A stretch of 64,000 bases of DNA from an uncultured Candidatus Saccharibacteria bacterium (GTDB taxonomy: Bacteria; Patescibacteriota; Minisyncoccia; Phycocordibacterales; UBA3531): the NCBI GenBank assembly GCA_964361405.1, contig CAYIAA010000004.1:10508-74507 (forward strand). The letters are read 5' to 3'. Below the pieces are notes generated by a model. That model was not told the DNA's origin. It did no database searches and was given only the letters and a program-made list of their open reading frames with translations. A program made the position numbers and the translations under genes. Positions 54,689 to 64,000 of this stretch are shown here, piece after piece (the stretch's first letter is position 1; each line of letters starts with the position of its first letter).

Positions 54689-55213
54689 ATGCTTACACTT
54701 GATCACGGTGAAGAAAGGATTTTAGTGCTCCGGAGACATTGGTTTGTTATCCTCGAGCACTCCATTTTTATTGTGCTCACTTTATGTATTATTATTGCCG
54801 CAGCAGTGGTCGTGAGAGGTCTTTCTATAGAACTTCCTGCCGGAAACTCTGATGCTCTTCTCATATTTACCATTGCACTCTTTGGTCTTCTTGCATGGAT
54901 AGTCTTTTTTGTCGGGTGGACAAATTACTATCTCGATATATGGGTTATTACGAATCGTCGCATTCTCGATATCGAACAGCATTCTTTTTTCACACGAGAG
55001 GTATCAGAATTCCGTCTAGACCGTGTCCAGGACATCACGGTGCAAGTACAAGGACTCATTGCAGAATTTTTTGATTTTGGCGATGTACATGTTCAAACAG
55101 CCGGGGAAAGACATACATTTATTATCTCAAGTGCTCCACACCCGTATCGTGTAAAGGAAGTTATTACCCAAGCGATTGATAAGGCCGTAGAAAGGGGTAC
55201 GATGAGAACATAA
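54689..55213 (+). CDS. Bacterial PH domain (bPH_2/DUF304, YdbT-like) membrane protein
   Basis: Two N-terminal TM helices, then the bPH_2 pattern (YYLDIWVITNRRILDIEQ...DFGDVHVQTAGE). Confidence 0.6.
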   Translation: MLTLDHGEERILVLRRHWFVILEHSIFIVLTLCIIIAAAVVVRGLSIELPAGNSDALLIFTIALFGLLAWIVFFVGWTNYYLDIWVITNRRILDIEQHSFFTREVSEFRLDRVQDITVQVQGLIAEFFDFGDVHVQTAGERHTFIISSAPHPYRVKEVITQAIDKAVERGTMRT

Positions 55214-55217
55214 AATT

Positions 55218-56408
55218 ATGTCTTTTTTTTCATCTCAAAAAAAACGTGAGTACGCGGCGATATTTGATATCGAGAGCGGGAGCGTTGGCGGTTCCATGGT
55301 AGCGCTTGAACATGGTGGCAAACCCGAAATACTGTTTTCATCCCGTAATGTATTCCCGGTTCCCGCAAAGCTCGCATATGAGCGTTATTTTTCCCTGCTC
55401 ATCTCAAGTCTTGAAAAGATTATTGCTGATATGCAACGGAAAGCTTTGAAACGACCGAAGCACATTTATATTTCATTACCGTCGGTACTCCACCTCTCGG
55501 CGCTTCGCGTACTTCGAAAAAAAGAAGATACTCCGATCCTTGTCACAAAAAAAAGCTTGGCGGGAATGGTTGGTGAAGCGCCAAAGACTCCCGAGGCGAC
55601 AGGAAGCGATTCCTACCTTCCACCCGAGACTCCGACATCGACCATTGAACGCCAGGTTATCGGAATCAAACTAAACGGTTATGACGTGGCTAACCCTTAT
55701 GAGAAACGCGCGACGGAAGTGGAACTGACTCTCTATGAAAGCATCACCGAGGAGTTAATTATGAAAAAAATTGCAACATCCGTCGGAGGTCTTTTCCATT
55801 CGGAACACATCACCTTTTTCACCTCTATGCTTGCAGTTTATAGTGCACTCCGAGAGGTGCTCCCGGAGATGGATAATTACCTTGTTCTTGACGTGACCGG
55901 TGAGGTAACTGACGTTATTGTTGTTGCGAGGAAAGGTCTTGCGAGTACTTTTTCCATTCCTTTTGGTGCGCACGCCTTGGTTCGCTCAATTGGCGTCGCG
56001 CGGGGCACAAATTCTGATGAAGGCCTCCTTACGCTAAAGCTGTACACGAATGCGTATTCCACGGATGAGCACCGTGAGAGTCTTGCCCCAGCACTCGTCG
56101 AAGCGGAAAAGAAGTGGGGTGACTACATTTCTCGGGTGCTTGAATTCGTACGTGCGGAGTGCTGTGCCGCTCATCGCGTATTCATTATTGCGGACAGCGC
56201 TTCAGGCCCGGTTTTCAGCACTTGGATGGAGCGCTTACTCTTGGCGCGCAAAGGACGAGGAACTGACCTATCTCTTCCCGGCGAATTTTCCCCGACAGTT
56301 ACCAGACTCGATGAATCGCTCATGAAATCCTCCATGAGAGAGGTCGGGGCCGTAGAGAGTGATCTTCGCCTCATGATAGCCGCTTCTTTTGTGAATAATT
56401 CCCTTTAA
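55218..56408 (+). CDS. Divergent actin-like (ASKHA) ATPase-fold protein, FtsA/PilM-like
   Basis: Phosphate-1-like AAIFDIESGSVGGSMV and phosphate-2-like LVLDVTGEVTDVIVV...SIPFGAHAL. The glycines are partly replaced. Confidence 0.4.
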   Translation: MSFFSSQKKREYAAIFDIESGSVGGSMVALEHGGKPEILFSSRNVFPVPAKLAYERYFSLLISSLEKIIADMQRKALKRPKHIYISLPSVLHLSALRVLRKKEDTPILVTKKSLAGMVGEAPKTPEATGSDSYLPPETPTSTIERQVIGIKLNGYDVANPYEKRATEVELTLYESITEELIMKKIATSVGGLFHSEHITFFTSMLAVYSALREVLPEMDNYLVLDVTGEVTDVIVVARKGLASTFSIPFGAHALVRSIGVARGTNSDEGLLTLKLYTNAYSTDEHRESLAPALVEAEKKWGDYISRVLEFVRAECCAAHRVFIIADSASGPVFSTWMERLLLARKGRGTDLSLPGEFSPTVTRLDESLMKSSMREVGAVESDLRLMIAASFVNNSL

Positions 56409-56447
56409 TGTCTTTTAAGATAGGGGATAGTAGGATACACTAGCGCT

Positions 56448-57779
56448 ATGCCACGTCGAGAAGTAGAGGATATAGTACTCCGGAGGGCGCCACGGCGTCC
56501 GCCAATTAGATCAACGTATACCCCCTCTACTTCCCCAAGTACTCCGACTGAAACCTCTCCGCCTTTTTCACCGGAGCCTCCGCGATTGCCGAGGGAGCGA
56601 AAGCCGCGCCGGCGTTTCATTGTATTTTTAATTGTTACACTCATAATTTTTGGCGCAGGGGCATACCTCTGGGAACGATTCGGTACCGTTGTTGTGACGC
56701 TTACGCCGAAAATGATAGGAGCCGATGTTGAAGCGGTTATTTTGGCACGTTCGAAGGCCTCTGCCGCGACGGATGAGCTCTCCTACGACACCATCCGAGT
56801 ACCTGAAGTATCACTTTCACAGAGTCTTGTAGCGCATGGCACAAAGGAAGTGGAGAAGCGTGCGAGTGGGGAAATTGTTATTTTCAATAGTTATAATGGA
56901 ACTCCCCAGAGACTTATCGAGAGAACAAGATTTACGGCTCCCGACGGAAAAATCTTCCGTATTGAAGAACCAATTGTTGTTCCTGGCGGGGTTCTAAAGA
57001 GTGGGACCCTCACTCCGGGGTCCATAGTGGCTACGGTCTACGCCGATGAGCCGGGAAAAGAGTTTAATATCGGACTCACTGATTTTACGATACCCGGTTT
57101 CAAAGGAGATCCACGCTACGATAAATTTTACGCGAGATCGAAGACTCCCATGGAAGGAGGTTTTGTGGGAACACTCCGAGTTGTTGATGAGAGCGAACGT
57201 GAAGCGGCAATAGCGGCCCTTCAGAGTGAACTTGCCGTGCGTCTCGGGGAGAGTGTAAGCAAAGAGATTCCCGAGGGGTTTACTGTTTTTAGCCAGACCT
57301 CGGTGTCGCAATTTAGTGTGACCGACGACGCTCCTGGCGAGCCCGGTTCAGAATCAAAGGTGAACATCACGGTAACCGGTCGTATGTGGGCTTTTGCATT
57401 TAACACCGAAGAGTTCAGTTATGTACTGGCCCGAGCGGCGCTCGGGGAAGGTGTAGAGCGGGGTATTCGTGTCGCGAACCCGGAGAAGCTTGAGATTGAA
57501 CTCTTGAATCGAGCGACAATAAATCCCGACAACGATGAACAGCTTTCACTTGCTGTCCGGAGTCCGGCTACCTTTATTTCTCCAGTTGATCTTGACGCTC
57601 TTCGAAGGGCACTCGCTGGAATGGCAAAAGATTCCTACAAAAATGTTTTTCTCTCATTCCCGAGTATTGAAAGCGCCGAAGTGCGTTTCAGTCCTTCGTG
57701 GAGAAAGACTTTTCCAGAGAACGTAGAGCGCATCACAATCGAAACCTCGCCTACCGGCGGGCAAGCTGTAAACCCCTAA
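56448..57779 (+). CDS. Hypothetical bitopic membrane protein (Pro/Arg-rich cytoplasmic tail, one TM, large extracytoplasmic domain)
   Basis: Tail PRREVEDIVLRRAPRRPPIRS...PRRRF. TM IVFLIVTLIIFGAGAYLW. Confidence 0.5.
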   Translation: MPRREVEDIVLRRAPRRPPIRSTYTPSTSPSTPTETSPPFSPEPPRLPRERKPRRRFIVFLIVTLIIFGAGAYLWERFGTVVVTLTPKMIGADVEAVILARSKASAATDELSYDTIRVPEVSLSQSLVAHGTKEVEKRASGEIVIFNSYNGTPQRLIERTRFTAPDGKIFRIEEPIVVPGGVLKSGTLTPGSIVATVYADEPGKEFNIGLTDFTIPGFKGDPRYDKFYARSKTPMEGGFVGTLRVVDESEREAAIAALQSELAVRLGESVSKEIPEGFTVFSQTSVSQFSVTDDAPGEPGSESKVNITVTGRMWAFAFNTEEFSYVLARAALGEGVERGIRVANPEKLEIELLNRATINPDNDEQLSLAVRSPATFISPVDLDALRRALAGMAKDSYKNVFLSFPSIESAEVRFSPSWRKTFPENVERITIETSPTGGQAVNP

Positions 57780-57820
57780 TGCCTCACACGCCCCAATCCC
57801 TAGTCTTTGGCATGGCGTAC

Positions 57821-57850
57821 TTGACCCAGCGGGGCAATAACTGGTAGTAT
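57821..57850 (+). promoter_or_regulatory. Candidate sigma-70-type promoter for the infA operon: TTGACC (57821-57826), 18-nt spacer, TAGTAT (57845-57850)
   Basis: Hexamers seen directly, 20 nt upstream of the infA ATG. Confidence 0.35.
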
Positions 57851-57869
57851 AGGCAGTCCCCTAGAGGCA

Positions 57870-58085
57870 ATGGCGAAAGAGGAAAGTACAACCCCAGTCG
57901 AAGGTACGGTGACTGACACCTTCCCGAATACAACCTTCGGGATTACACTTGATGACGGTCGGTCGCTCTCCGCGTACCTCTCCGGCAAAATGCGTATCAA
58001 TCGAATCAAAGTACTGGTTGGTGATCGCGTAAGTCTTGTCCTCGACCAGTATGGGGAACGCGGAAGGATTGTTAAACGCCTCTAA
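57870..58085 (+). CDS. infA: Translation initiation factor IF-1
   Basis: S1-like OB fold sequence EGTVTDTFPNTTFGITLDDGRSLSAYLSGKMR...VLVGDRV. Confidence 0.95.
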   Translation: MAKEESTTPVEGTVTDTFPNTTFGITLDDGRSLSAYLSGKMRINRIKVLVGDRVSLVLDQYGERGRIVKRL

Positions 58086-58151
58086 ATGATTAGTCAGTTG
58101 CCCTCCATGCGCACTCTGGCTCGGGGGTTAGCACAATTACTGGATTAAAAC

Positions 58152-58265
58152 ATGAAAGTCCGCTCATCAATTAAAGCCCGGTGCCCTCTTTGCAAGCTCG
58201 TACGGCGACGGGGAAAATTGTACATCATCTGTCAAAACCCGAAGCATAAACAGCGCCAAGGGTAG
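58152..58265 (+). CDS. rpmJ: 50S ribosomal protein L36 (37 aa; absent from the supplied ORF track)
   Basis: The translation [37 protein letters not shown] shows the zinc-ribbon C..C..C..H pattern. Position between infA and rpsM is as in the canonical operon. Confidence 0.9.
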   Translation: MKVRSSIKARCPLCKLVRRRGKLYIICQNPKHKQRQG

Positions 58266-58289
58266 GATGACGACGGCACGATTTTTAAT

Positions 58290-58670
58290 ATGAGAATTCT
58301 TGGAGTAACTGTACCAGAAGCAAAGCGTCTTGAGATCGGGCTCACGACGATTTTTGGCATTGGCAGACCCCGAGCACAAAAGATTCTCGCCGCCGCAGAA
58401 ATACCGTTCGGGAAAAAACCGGGCGAACTCTCCGCCGATGAAGAAAACCGCATCAGGACCCATATCGAAGCGTTTCGCGTCGAGGGAGACTTAAAGCGTG
58501 AAGTTTCAGGCAATATCAAACGCTTGAAAGATATCAAGTGCTATCGGGGGGTGAGACATTTGAGACGTCTCCCGGTTCGCGGACAAAAAACCCGCGTCAA
58601 TTCACGTACGGTGCGTGGAAATGTGAGAAAGACAATGGGATCGGGAAAACGAAAGGTTGAAAAAACCTAA
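58290..58670 (+). CDS. rpsM: 30S ribosomal protein S13
   Basis: MRILGVTVPEAKRLEIGLTTIFGIGRPRA. Confidence 0.95.
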   Translation: MRILGVTVPEAKRLEIGLTTIFGIGRPRAQKILAAAEIPFGKKPGELSADEENRIRTHIEAFRVEGDLKREVSGNIKRLKDIKCYRGVRHLRRLPVRGQKTRVNSRTVRGNVRKTMGSGKRKVEKT

Positions 58671-58675
58671 TATCT

Positions 58676-59110
58676 ATGGGCAAGAAAAGAATCATCACAA
58701 AATCAGGAGGCGACGTGAGCGGCGAAACCAAAGAGCGCTCGCTCTCACACGTCTCGAAACGGAGACTCGAGAATGGTATTGTCCACATAGAATCAACCTA
58801 CAACAACACCAAGTTAATCCTCACAGATACGGAAGGGAATGCATTGGTGTGGTCATCGAGCGGATCACTCGGTTTTAAGGGAGCAAAAAAGGGGACACCC
58901 TTCGCCGCTTCAAAAGTTTCAGAGGTCGTTGCCGAAAAAGCAAAAGCTTTAGGTATTAAGGAGGTGTATGTGGTAGTAAAAGGAGTCGGTTCCGGACGAG
59001 AATCATCTATTCGAACGCTTATCGGAAAAGGTATTGAAATTTCGGCGATTCAGGATAGAACTCCGATTCCGCACAATGGACCACGAGCTAAGAAACCACG
59101 ACGAGTATAA
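58676..59110 (+). CDS. rpsK: 30S ribosomal protein S11
   Basis: VHIESTYNNTKLILTDTEGNALVWSSSGSLGFKGAKKGTPFAA. Confidence 0.95.
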   Translation: MGKKRIITKSGGDVSGETKERSLSHVSKRRLENGIVHIESTYNNTKLILTDTEGNALVWSSSGSLGFKGAKKGTPFAASKVSEVVAEKAKALGIKEVYVVVKGVGSGRESSIRTLIGKGIEISAIQDRTPIPHNGPRAKKPRRV

Positions 59111-59112
59111 GT

Positions 59113-59724
59113 ATGCGAACAGGACCAAAATATAAAATTTGTCGACGTCTTGGAGAAGGAGTCTACGAACAGTGTCAGACCCCCAAGTTTCAGATATCAA
59201 AAAGCAAAAAAGTGGGAAAGAAGCCGCGCAAGTTCTCCCGGCAGAAAACGGAATATGGAGTCCAACTTCTTGAAAAACAAAAGACTCGTTTCACCTATGG
59301 CGTCACGGATCGTCAGCTTTCAAATTATGTTGGACGAGCGCGGGAAGGAAAGAAGCCGCCGCTCGGGGCCCTCTATCAAATGCTTGAGCGGAGACTTGAT
59401 AATGTTGTCTTAAAACTCGGCCTTGCTCCCACACGAGCGGCGGCGCGTCAGATGGTTAGCCACGGTCACGTAACGGTTAACGGGAAACGCATGTCCATCC
59501 CATCTTACGAAGTTGTTCTCGGTGACCGCGTAGCTATTCGGGAAGCGAGCCGCGCGAAACTTTTCTCGGATACCGCCAAAGAACGCATGGAATCACTCCG
59601 CACTCCGTCATGGCTTCTGCGCGCCGAAGATACCGGTGGAAAAGTAGTGCGTTTACCGGAGGAACCGGAGGGTGAATTCGTCGCCGACCTTTCGAGGGTG
59701 CTTGAGTTTTATAGCAGGGTTTAA
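59113..59724 (+). CDS. rpsD: 30S ribosomal protein S4
   Basis: MRTGPKYKICRRLGE. C-terminal S4 RNA-binding domain (RLDNVVLKLGLAPTRAAARQMVSHGHVTVNGKR). Confidence 0.95.
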   Translation: MRTGPKYKICRRLGEGVYEQCQTPKFQISKSKKVGKKPRKFSRQKTEYGVQLLEKQKTRFTYGVTDRQLSNYVGRAREGKKPPLGALYQMLERRLDNVVLKLGLAPTRAAARQMVSHGHVTVNGKRMSIPSYEVVLGDRVAIREASRAKLFSDTAKERMESLRTPSWLLRAEDTGGKVVRLPEEPEGEFVADLSRVLEFYSRV

Positions 59725-59749
59725 TTAGAAGTTAGCCAATTACACTACT

Positions 59750-60715
59750 ATGCCAGACGATAAAGTAATCGTACCATCAAAACCCCGGGTCGTAAGCGAG
59801 GATGATTTTAAAGGAATTTATGAAATTGACGGGCTTTACCCCGGATATGGGCACACGCTCGGGAATTCTTTGCGGAGAATTATTCTCTCATCGCTTCCGG
59901 GCGCGGCGGTTACCACGGTCAAAATCGAAGGGGTGAGCCATGAGTTCTCGATTATTCCCGGTGTGAAGGAAGACGTCATCATGATTATTCTGAATTTGAA
60001 AAAGGTCCGATTCAAAATGACGGGCGATGAACCGCAACACGTAACACTTGATGTTTCTGGCATTATTGATGTTACGGCAAAAGACCTTAAAATCCCCGGG
60101 CAGATCGAAGTGGCAAACCCCGACCAGCACATTGCCTCACTCACCGACAAAAACGCCAAACTTTCCTTTGAACTTACCATTGAACGCGGTATCGGCTATG
60201 TGCCGAAGGAAGTTATTCACCAAGACAAGGTTGATATTGGCGTTATCCCTGTTGACGCAGTCTTTACCCCGATTCGGCGGGCGAATTATGAAGTTGAGAA
60301 CATGCGCGTCGGAAATAGGACGGACTTCAACACACTTCGAATCATAATCGAAACTGACGGTATTATCTCACCCCGCGAAGCTCTCGAGCGCTCTATCGCA
60401 ACAATGATTAATCAGCTCAAGGCGATTATCGGATTTAGCGATAAGACCGAAATAGAAGCACCTCTCTCAACCGACGATACCGAAGCGGACACAACTATGG
60501 AGAAAGGTCGCGTGGAGGATGTGCTGAAAACACGCGTTGAGGACCTCAATTTCTCCATGCGCACAATGAAAGCGCTTTCTCAAGCTGGCATCAGAACAAT
60601 CGGGGGGCTTGCGCGGAAAAACGAAGTGGACCTTCTTGATATCAGCGGTCTTGGAGAGAAAGGGCTCCAGGAAATAAAGCGAATACTCAGTAATTTCGGT
60701 ATCACACTGAAGTAA
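59750..60715 (+). CDS. rpoA: DNA-directed RNA polymerase subunit alpha
   Basis: N-terminal dimerisation domain ([22 protein letters not shown]). C-terminal domain with HhH ([22 protein letters not shown]). Confidence 0.95.
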   Translation: [321 protein letters not shown]

Positions 60716-60716
60716 C

Positions 60717-61070
60717 ATGCGTCACCACCGGTCAAAAAGTAAATTGGGAAGAAAGAGTGGGCCTCGAAGAGCGCTCTTGAAGAGCCTTGCTCGAAACCTG
60801 ATACTTGCAGGTTCTATTACGACCACTGAATCTCGGGCCAAGGAACTTCGGCCATTCCTCGAAAAACTAACGACGCGCGCCCGGGGTGCTGACATTCACT
60901 CACGGCGGATTCTAGAGGCGCGGCTTGGCGATACTGATGCAGTGCGTATCCTTATTGAAAAAATAGCGCCGAAGTTTGATATGGTTTCCGGAGGATACCT
61001 TCGCATTACAAAACTCGGAATGCGCAAAAGCGACGGGAGTCGGAGAGCTGTTATTTCGTTCACTCGCTAA
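60717..61070 (+). CDS. rplQ: 50S ribosomal protein L17
   Basis: MRHHRSKSKLGRKSGPRRALLKSLARNLI. Confidence 0.95.
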   Translation: MRHHRSKSKLGRKSGPRRALLKSLARNLILAGSITTTESRAKELRPFLEKLTTRARGADIHSRRILEARLGDTDAVRILIEKIAPKFDMVSGGYLRITKLGMRKSDGSRRAVISFTR

Positions 61071-61072
61071 AA

Positions 61073-61438
61073 TTGCTACGTATGGATACCAAGACTCATT
61101 ACGAATTTGATGCAACAGGGAAATCGCTTGGACGTCTCGCGAGTACGGTGGCTTCCATCCTTTCGGGTAAGGCCGACCCCACGTCAAAGCCGAACCTTGT
61201 CACCAATGTCAAAGTGGTGATAAAAAATGCACAGCATCTCGCGGTCAGTGAAAAAGCAAAGAGGGAAAAAACATACACACGCTATACCGGCTATCCGGGT
61301 GGCTTGAAACATAAAAGCTTATCTCAAGTAGCCGAGCAACACGGTTATAGCGAAATACTTCGACGGGCAGTGCAAGGAATGCTTCCGCGAAACCGGCTCC
61401 GGGGGACCAAGATGAAAAATCTCGTAATTTCGGAATAA
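61073..61438 (+). CDS. rplM: 50S ribosomal protein L13
   Basis: THYEFDATGKSLGRLASTVASILSGK...GYPGG. Confidence 0.9.
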   Translation: MLRMDTKTHYEFDATGKSLGRLASTVASILSGKADPTSKPNLVTNVKVVIKNAQHLAVSEKAKREKTYTRYTGYPGGLKHKSLSQVAEQHGYSEILRRAVQGMLPRNRLRGTKMKNLVISE

Positions 61439-61449
61439 TTATATCGACT

Positions 61450-61872
61450 ATGGAAACTGTAAAAACCAAACAAGGAAGTAACGCGCGATACACTGAGGCA
61501 GTCGGCAAGCGGAAGACGTCGATTGCCCGCGTCCGGATAGTACCTGCCCGACAGACGGAAATTACTGTGAATGGTAAACCTTTTAACGAATATTTCCGTA
61601 CGGATGAACTTCAGCACATTGTCACCGATTTTATTTCGCCTCCATATTTCGACTCTGCGCTGAAAGTGAGCGCGCGGATAACGGGAGGAGGAATCCACTC
61701 TCAAGGTGAAGCCTTGCGGCACGGCCTTGTCCGCGCACTTATCGTGCTTCATCCTGAATTGCGAATCCGGTTAAAAAAAGTCGGAGCTCTTACCCGAGAC
61801 GCGCGAATCAAAGAACGGAGAAAGTTCGGGCACAAGAAAGCCCGGAAGTCTCCACAATGGTCAAAACGGTAG
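61450..61872 (+). CDS. rpsI: 30S ribosomal protein S9
   Basis: C-terminal GGGIHSQGEALRHGLVRAL...KKARKSPQWSKR. Confidence 0.9.
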   Translation: METVKTKQGSNARYTEAVGKRKTSIARVRIVPARQTEITVNGKPFNEYFRTDELQHIVTDFISPPYFDSALKVSARITGGGIHSQGEALRHGLVRALIVLHPELRIRLKKVGALTRDARIKERRKFGHKKARKSPQWSKR

Positions 61873-61878
61873 AAAGAT

Positions 61879-62463
61879 ATGCATCTCCGTCATGGCGGAA
61901 AAGGGGACGAAGGCCTGCCTGCCGATAGGCATGGCGAGGAGAGCGAAATTGAGATTTCGCCTGAAGATAGCGACCACACCGAAGCGCTCCACGCGCTCAA
62001 AGAAAAACTTGCGCGTTGTCTCCTCGAACGGCAGGAATATCTCGATGGTTGGCAACGCTCGCGTGCAGATTTTATCAATGCCCGTAAAGATGACGAGGCA
62101 CTCCGAGGGAGAATCTCCGAAGGAGCGAAGAGCGATGTCGTCCGCGAAATGCTCCCTGTGCTTGATGCCGTAGAGTTAGCGATACATGACGTGGAGTCAT
62201 GGGCCAAGCTTCCTCCGGCATGGCAGAAAGGGATAGAAGGGATACATGCGGCCATTCTCGGAGCGTTTGAGCGCTCTGAAGCACTTCTTTTTTCCGACCA
62301 AGGTCAACCCTTCGACCCAAGCCGTCACCAGTCGATAGGCGTTGAGGCTGTAACTGATAGAAAGCTTGACGGGATCATTACATATGTTGTACAAAAAGGA
62401 TGTAGTATCGGCGGAAAAGTGATACGGCCAGCCCATGTCAAGGTTGGTGAATACCGGGATTAG
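61879..62463 (+). CDS. grpE: Nucleotide exchange factor GrpE
   Basis: Long paired-helix region followed by the beta-sheet C-terminus (ITYVVQKGCSIGGKVIRPAHVKV). Positioned directly upstream of dnaK. Confidence 0.75.
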   Translation: MHLRHGGKGDEGLPADRHGEESEIEISPEDSDHTEALHALKEKLARCLLERQEYLDGWQRSRADFINARKDDEALRGRISEGAKSDVVREMLPVLDAVELAIHDVESWAKLPPAWQKGIEGIHAAILGAFERSEALLFSDQGQPFDPSRHQSIGVEAVTDRKLDGIITYVVQKGCSIGGKVIRPAHVKVGEYRD

Positions 62464-62522
62464 GGGACCAAAATCGACAAGTGAGTAAAAAAGATTTACC
62501 ATAACGTTATAAATGAAATAGT

Positions 62523-64000
62523 ATGCCAAAAATCATAGGAATTGACCTTGGAACGACGAACTCCGCAATGGCTTTGATCGAAGGTGGGGTTCCGAAGATT
62601 ATCGAAAACGCAGAAGGTGCCCGGACCACCCCATCAATTGTCGCGACCTCGAAAGGAGGAGAGCGCATCGTTGGGCTTCTCGCGAAGCGTCAGGCAATTA
62701 CGAATCCCGCGAATACAATCCACGGGATCAAGCGCTTTATGGGTCACCCTTTTGACGACAAAAATGTCGAACGAGACCGTGGCATGGCGACCTTTGTGAT
62801 CGAACGGGCTGACACGGGCGGCGTCAAAGTAAAAATGGGCGATAAGTTTTTCCGACCGGAGGAAGTTTCGGCGATGATTCTTCAAAAGCTGAAAACTGAC
62901 GCGGAAGCAAAGCTTGGAGAAAAGATAGAAGAAGCGGTGATTACCGTCCCCGCGTACTTTGACGATTCTCAAAGACAAGCAACAAAACATGCGGGCGAAA
63001 TCGCGGGATTTAACGTCAAACGCATCATCAACGAACCGACGGCTGCGGCGCTTGCGTACGGGTTCAATAAAAAGAAGAACGAAAAAATCGCCGTGTATGA
63101 TTTTGGTGGCGGGACTTTCGATATATCAATTCTTGAAATCGGATCCGAAGGCGATGAGCAAAGTATTGAAGTTCGGTCAACCGATGGTGACTCGCATATG
63201 GGCGGAGAGGATATCGATCATGACATCATCAAGTGGATCGCAACGGAATATAAAAAGGAATCGGGCATCGATATTTTGAAAGACCAGCTTGCCCTCCAGC
63301 GCTTAAAAGAGGCGGCCGAGAAAGCGAAGCATGAGCTCTCAAGCACGACCGAAACGGAAATCAATATTCCTTTCATCACTTCGGACGCCGCGGGGCCGAA
63401 GCATCTCTTGATGAAGTTCACGCGTGCAAAACTCGAAGATATCGCGGCTCCCTACGTGAACCGCTCCGTTGAGATTACGAAGCGTGCCATTGAAGCGTCC
63501 GGTTTTAAAACCTCGGACATTAACGAGGTAATCCTGGTCGGCGGACAGACCAGAATGCCCGCCATTCAGGATGCGGTGAAAAGTGTGTTCGGAAAAGAGC
63601 CAAACCGCTCCATTAACCCCGATGAAGTGGTCGCTATCGGAGCCGCCGTACAAGCGGGGATTTTCCAAGGGGATGTGAAAGACGTGCTCCTCCTTGATGT
63701 CACTCCGCTCTCTCTCGGTATTGAGACGTTGGGAGGCGTTGCAACGAAGCTAATCGAGAAAAATACGACCATACCTGCGGCGAAAACCCAGGTGTTCTCG
63801 ACTGCCGCAGATAACCAAACGTCGGTGGAAATCCATGTGGTGCAAGGAGAGCGTGAAATGTCCGCGGATAATAAAACACTCGGCCGCTTTGTTTTGGACG
63901 GTATCTTGCCCGCTCCGCGCGGCATGCCGCAAGTGGAAGTGACCTTCGATATCGATGCAAACGGTATTTTGAGCGTAAAGGCAAAAGATAAAACATCGGG
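62523..64000 (+). CDS. dnaK: Molecular chaperone DnaK (Hsp70). The 3' end is truncated by the window edge and the gene is not in the ORF track.
   Basis: The translation from ATG 62523 reads [22 protein letters not shown]...DGGTFD...DLGGGTFD-type motifs ([14 protein letters not shown]) ...[11 protein letters not shown]. The frame is open to nt 64000. Confidence 0.95.
   Translation, partial: MPKIIGIDLGTTNSAMALIEGGVPKIIENAEGARTTPSIVATSKGGERIVGLLAKRQAITNPANTIHGIKRFMGHPFDDKNVERDRGMATFVIERADTGGVKVKMGDKFFRPEEVSAMILQKLKTDAEAKLGEKIEEAVITVPAYFDDSQRQATKHAGEIAGFNVKRIINEPTAAALAYGFNKKKNEKIAVYDFGGGTFDISILEIGSEGDEQSIEVRSTDGDSHMGGEDIDHDIIKWIATEYKKESGIDILKDQLALQRLKEAAEKAKHELSSTTETEINIPFITSDAAGPKHLLMKFTRAKLEDIAAPYVNRSVEITKRAIEASGFKTSDINEVILVGGQTRMPAIQDAVKSVFGKEPNRSINPDEVVAIGAAVQAGIFQGDVKDVLLLDVTPLSLGIETLGGVATKLIEKNTTIPAAKTQVFSTAADNQTSVEIHVVQGEREMSADNKTLGRFVLDGILPAPRGMPQVEVTFDIDANGILSVKAKDKTS

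Overview
This is a 64-kb single-contig window, about 50-55% GC. The gene content looks like a reduced-genome bacterium, most plausibly a Candidate Phyla Radiation (CPR)/Patescibacteria organism. This is an inference from three observations: many truncated housekeeping proteins, prepilin-like genes with a giant surface protein, and almost no biosynthetic genes. Most genes are on the + strand.

In order, the window contains:
- a MacAB-like tripartite efflux operon (HlyD adaptor, FtsX-like permease, ABC ATPase);
- a putative metal-handling cluster: a P1B-type Cu ATPase with an unusual CPD transmembrane motif and a Cys/His-rich N-terminus, two DoxX proteins, a Met-rich SHOCT-domain membrane protein, a DUF1059 small metal-binding protein and a DUF421 protein;
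- tgt, uvrB, an S1 protease, uvrA, uvrC, ddl, a GIY-YIG nuclease and tRNA-Ala(TGC);
- a BNR/Asp-box repeat protein and a three-gene prepilin/minor-pilin-like cluster;
- a tRNA array: Val(CAC), Pro(CGG) and Ala(CGC). The tRNA-Pro is nested inside a disrupted second tRNA-Pro-like copy, and both copies carry covarying leader/trailer inverted repeats;
- an L,D-transpeptidase/D,D-carboxypeptidase fusion, a GerMN protein, an RRM protein and a class IV aminotransferase;
- a ~740-bp repeat-rich noncoding region, then a 1521-aa Thr/Gly-rich giant surface protein;
- a glutaredoxin-like protein, trxB, a ROK kinase and ychF;
- an AT-rich hicBA-like insert;
- leuS, a sigma region-4 protein, mltG, a DEDD exonuclease, mnmA and alaS;
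- the infA-rpmJ-rpsM-rpsK-rpsD-rpoA-rplQ operon, then rplM-rpsI, grpE and the 5' part of dnaK. rpmJ and dnaK are not in the supplied ORF track.

A dispersed ~25-33-nt palindromic element (core CACTTGGAAGC...GCTTCCAAGTG) occurs three times. One copy sits in-frame inside mnmA.

No CRISPR array, rRNA, integrase or transposase was recognised. The most unusual features are the tRNA-Pro locus, the palindromic element and the metal cluster.
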